In this document: positions 21,534-21,913 of the stretch, piece after piece
Numbering within the stretch: the first letter of the stretch is position 1
Layout: every line of letters begins with the position of its first letter
Source: a virus
Lineage: Duplodnaviria; Heunggongvirae; Uroviricota; Caudoviricetes
Reading direction: 5' to 3' (one strand)
Virus record (IMG/VR): IMGVR_UViG_2675903253_000001
DNA length: 21,913 bases
Notes under the pieces: model-generated
Told to the model about the DNA's origin: nothing
The model's database searches: none
The model's input: only the letters and a program-made list of their open reading frames with translations
Translations under genes and position numbers: made by a program

Positions 21534-21913
21534 ATGCGTAAAGTTTGTGCAGCCATTTTGTCCGCAGCCATTTGCCTGGCCGTATCCGGTGCGCCTGCAT
21601 GGGCGTCTGAACATCAGTCCACGCTGAGCGCGGGGTATCTTCATGCCCGGACCAACGTTCCCGGCAGTGATGATCTGAACGGGATTAACGTGAAATACCG
21701 TTATGAGTTTACGGATACGCTGGGGCTGGTGACGTCATTCAGCTATGCAGGAGACAAGAATCGCCAGCTGACCCGTTACAGCGATACCCGCTGGCATGAA
21801 GATTCCGTGCGTAACCGCTGGTTCAGCGTGATGGCGGGGCCGTCTGTGCGCGTGAATGAATGGTTCAGCGCGTATGCGATGGCGGGTGTGGCTTACAGCC
21901 GTGTGTCGACTTT
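21534..21913 (+). CDS. lom: Lom-family (Ail/Lom/OmpX-like) outer membrane protein, 5' portion; runs off the window end
   Basis: ATG at 21534 preceded by gagaggt. Translation MRKVCAAILSAAICLAVSGAPAWA|SEHQSTLSAGYLHARTNVPGSDDLNGINVKYRYEFTDTLGLVTSFSYAG... has a signal peptide with AxA cleavage motif and alternating beta-strand pattern. GINVKYRYE, VMAGP and SAYAMAGVA(Y/H)SR are shared with lambda Lom as I recall it. Position immediately after J is as in lambda. Not in the ORF track because no stop codon lies within the window. Confidence 0.85.
   Translation, partial: MRKVCAAILSAAICLAVSGAPAWASEHQSTLSAGYLHARTNVPGSDDLNGINVKYRYEFTDTLGLVTSFSYAGDKNRQLTRYSDTRWHEDSVRNRWFSVMAGPSVRVNEWFSAYAMAGVAYSRVST

Overview
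This window is the late (morphogenesis) region of a lambda-like (lambdoid) prophage, almost collinear with bacteriophage lambda from its right-arm end, across cos, through the head and tail genes to lom. All comparisons to lambda are from my memory of the lambda sequence and gene order; no alignment or database search was run. Layout: a conserved noncoding stretch (1-249); two minus-strand accessory ORFs (250-660, AT-rich; 718-951, Arc/ribbon-helix-helix-like); cos (cosQ/cosN/cosB, about 1100-1339); then on the + strand Nu1, A, W, B, C with nested Nu3, D, E, FI, FII, Z, U, V, G and the G-T frameshift product, H, M, L, K, I, J, and the 5' part of lom running off the window end. Coding density is saturated by these canonical genes, and I see no CRISPR array, tRNA/rRNA, integrase or transposase. 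I found no clear evidence of a novel multi-gene system. The points most worth a second look are: (1) an in-frame ~804-bp tandem duplication inside J joined to a 383-N gap flanked by identical 124-bp sequence, most likely an assembly artefact from paralogous prophages; (2) a divergent, lower-GC C-terminal receptor-binding region of J; (3) a cosN whose right half differs from lambda's cohesive end; (4) the uncharacterised AT-rich two-gene cassette upstream of cos.
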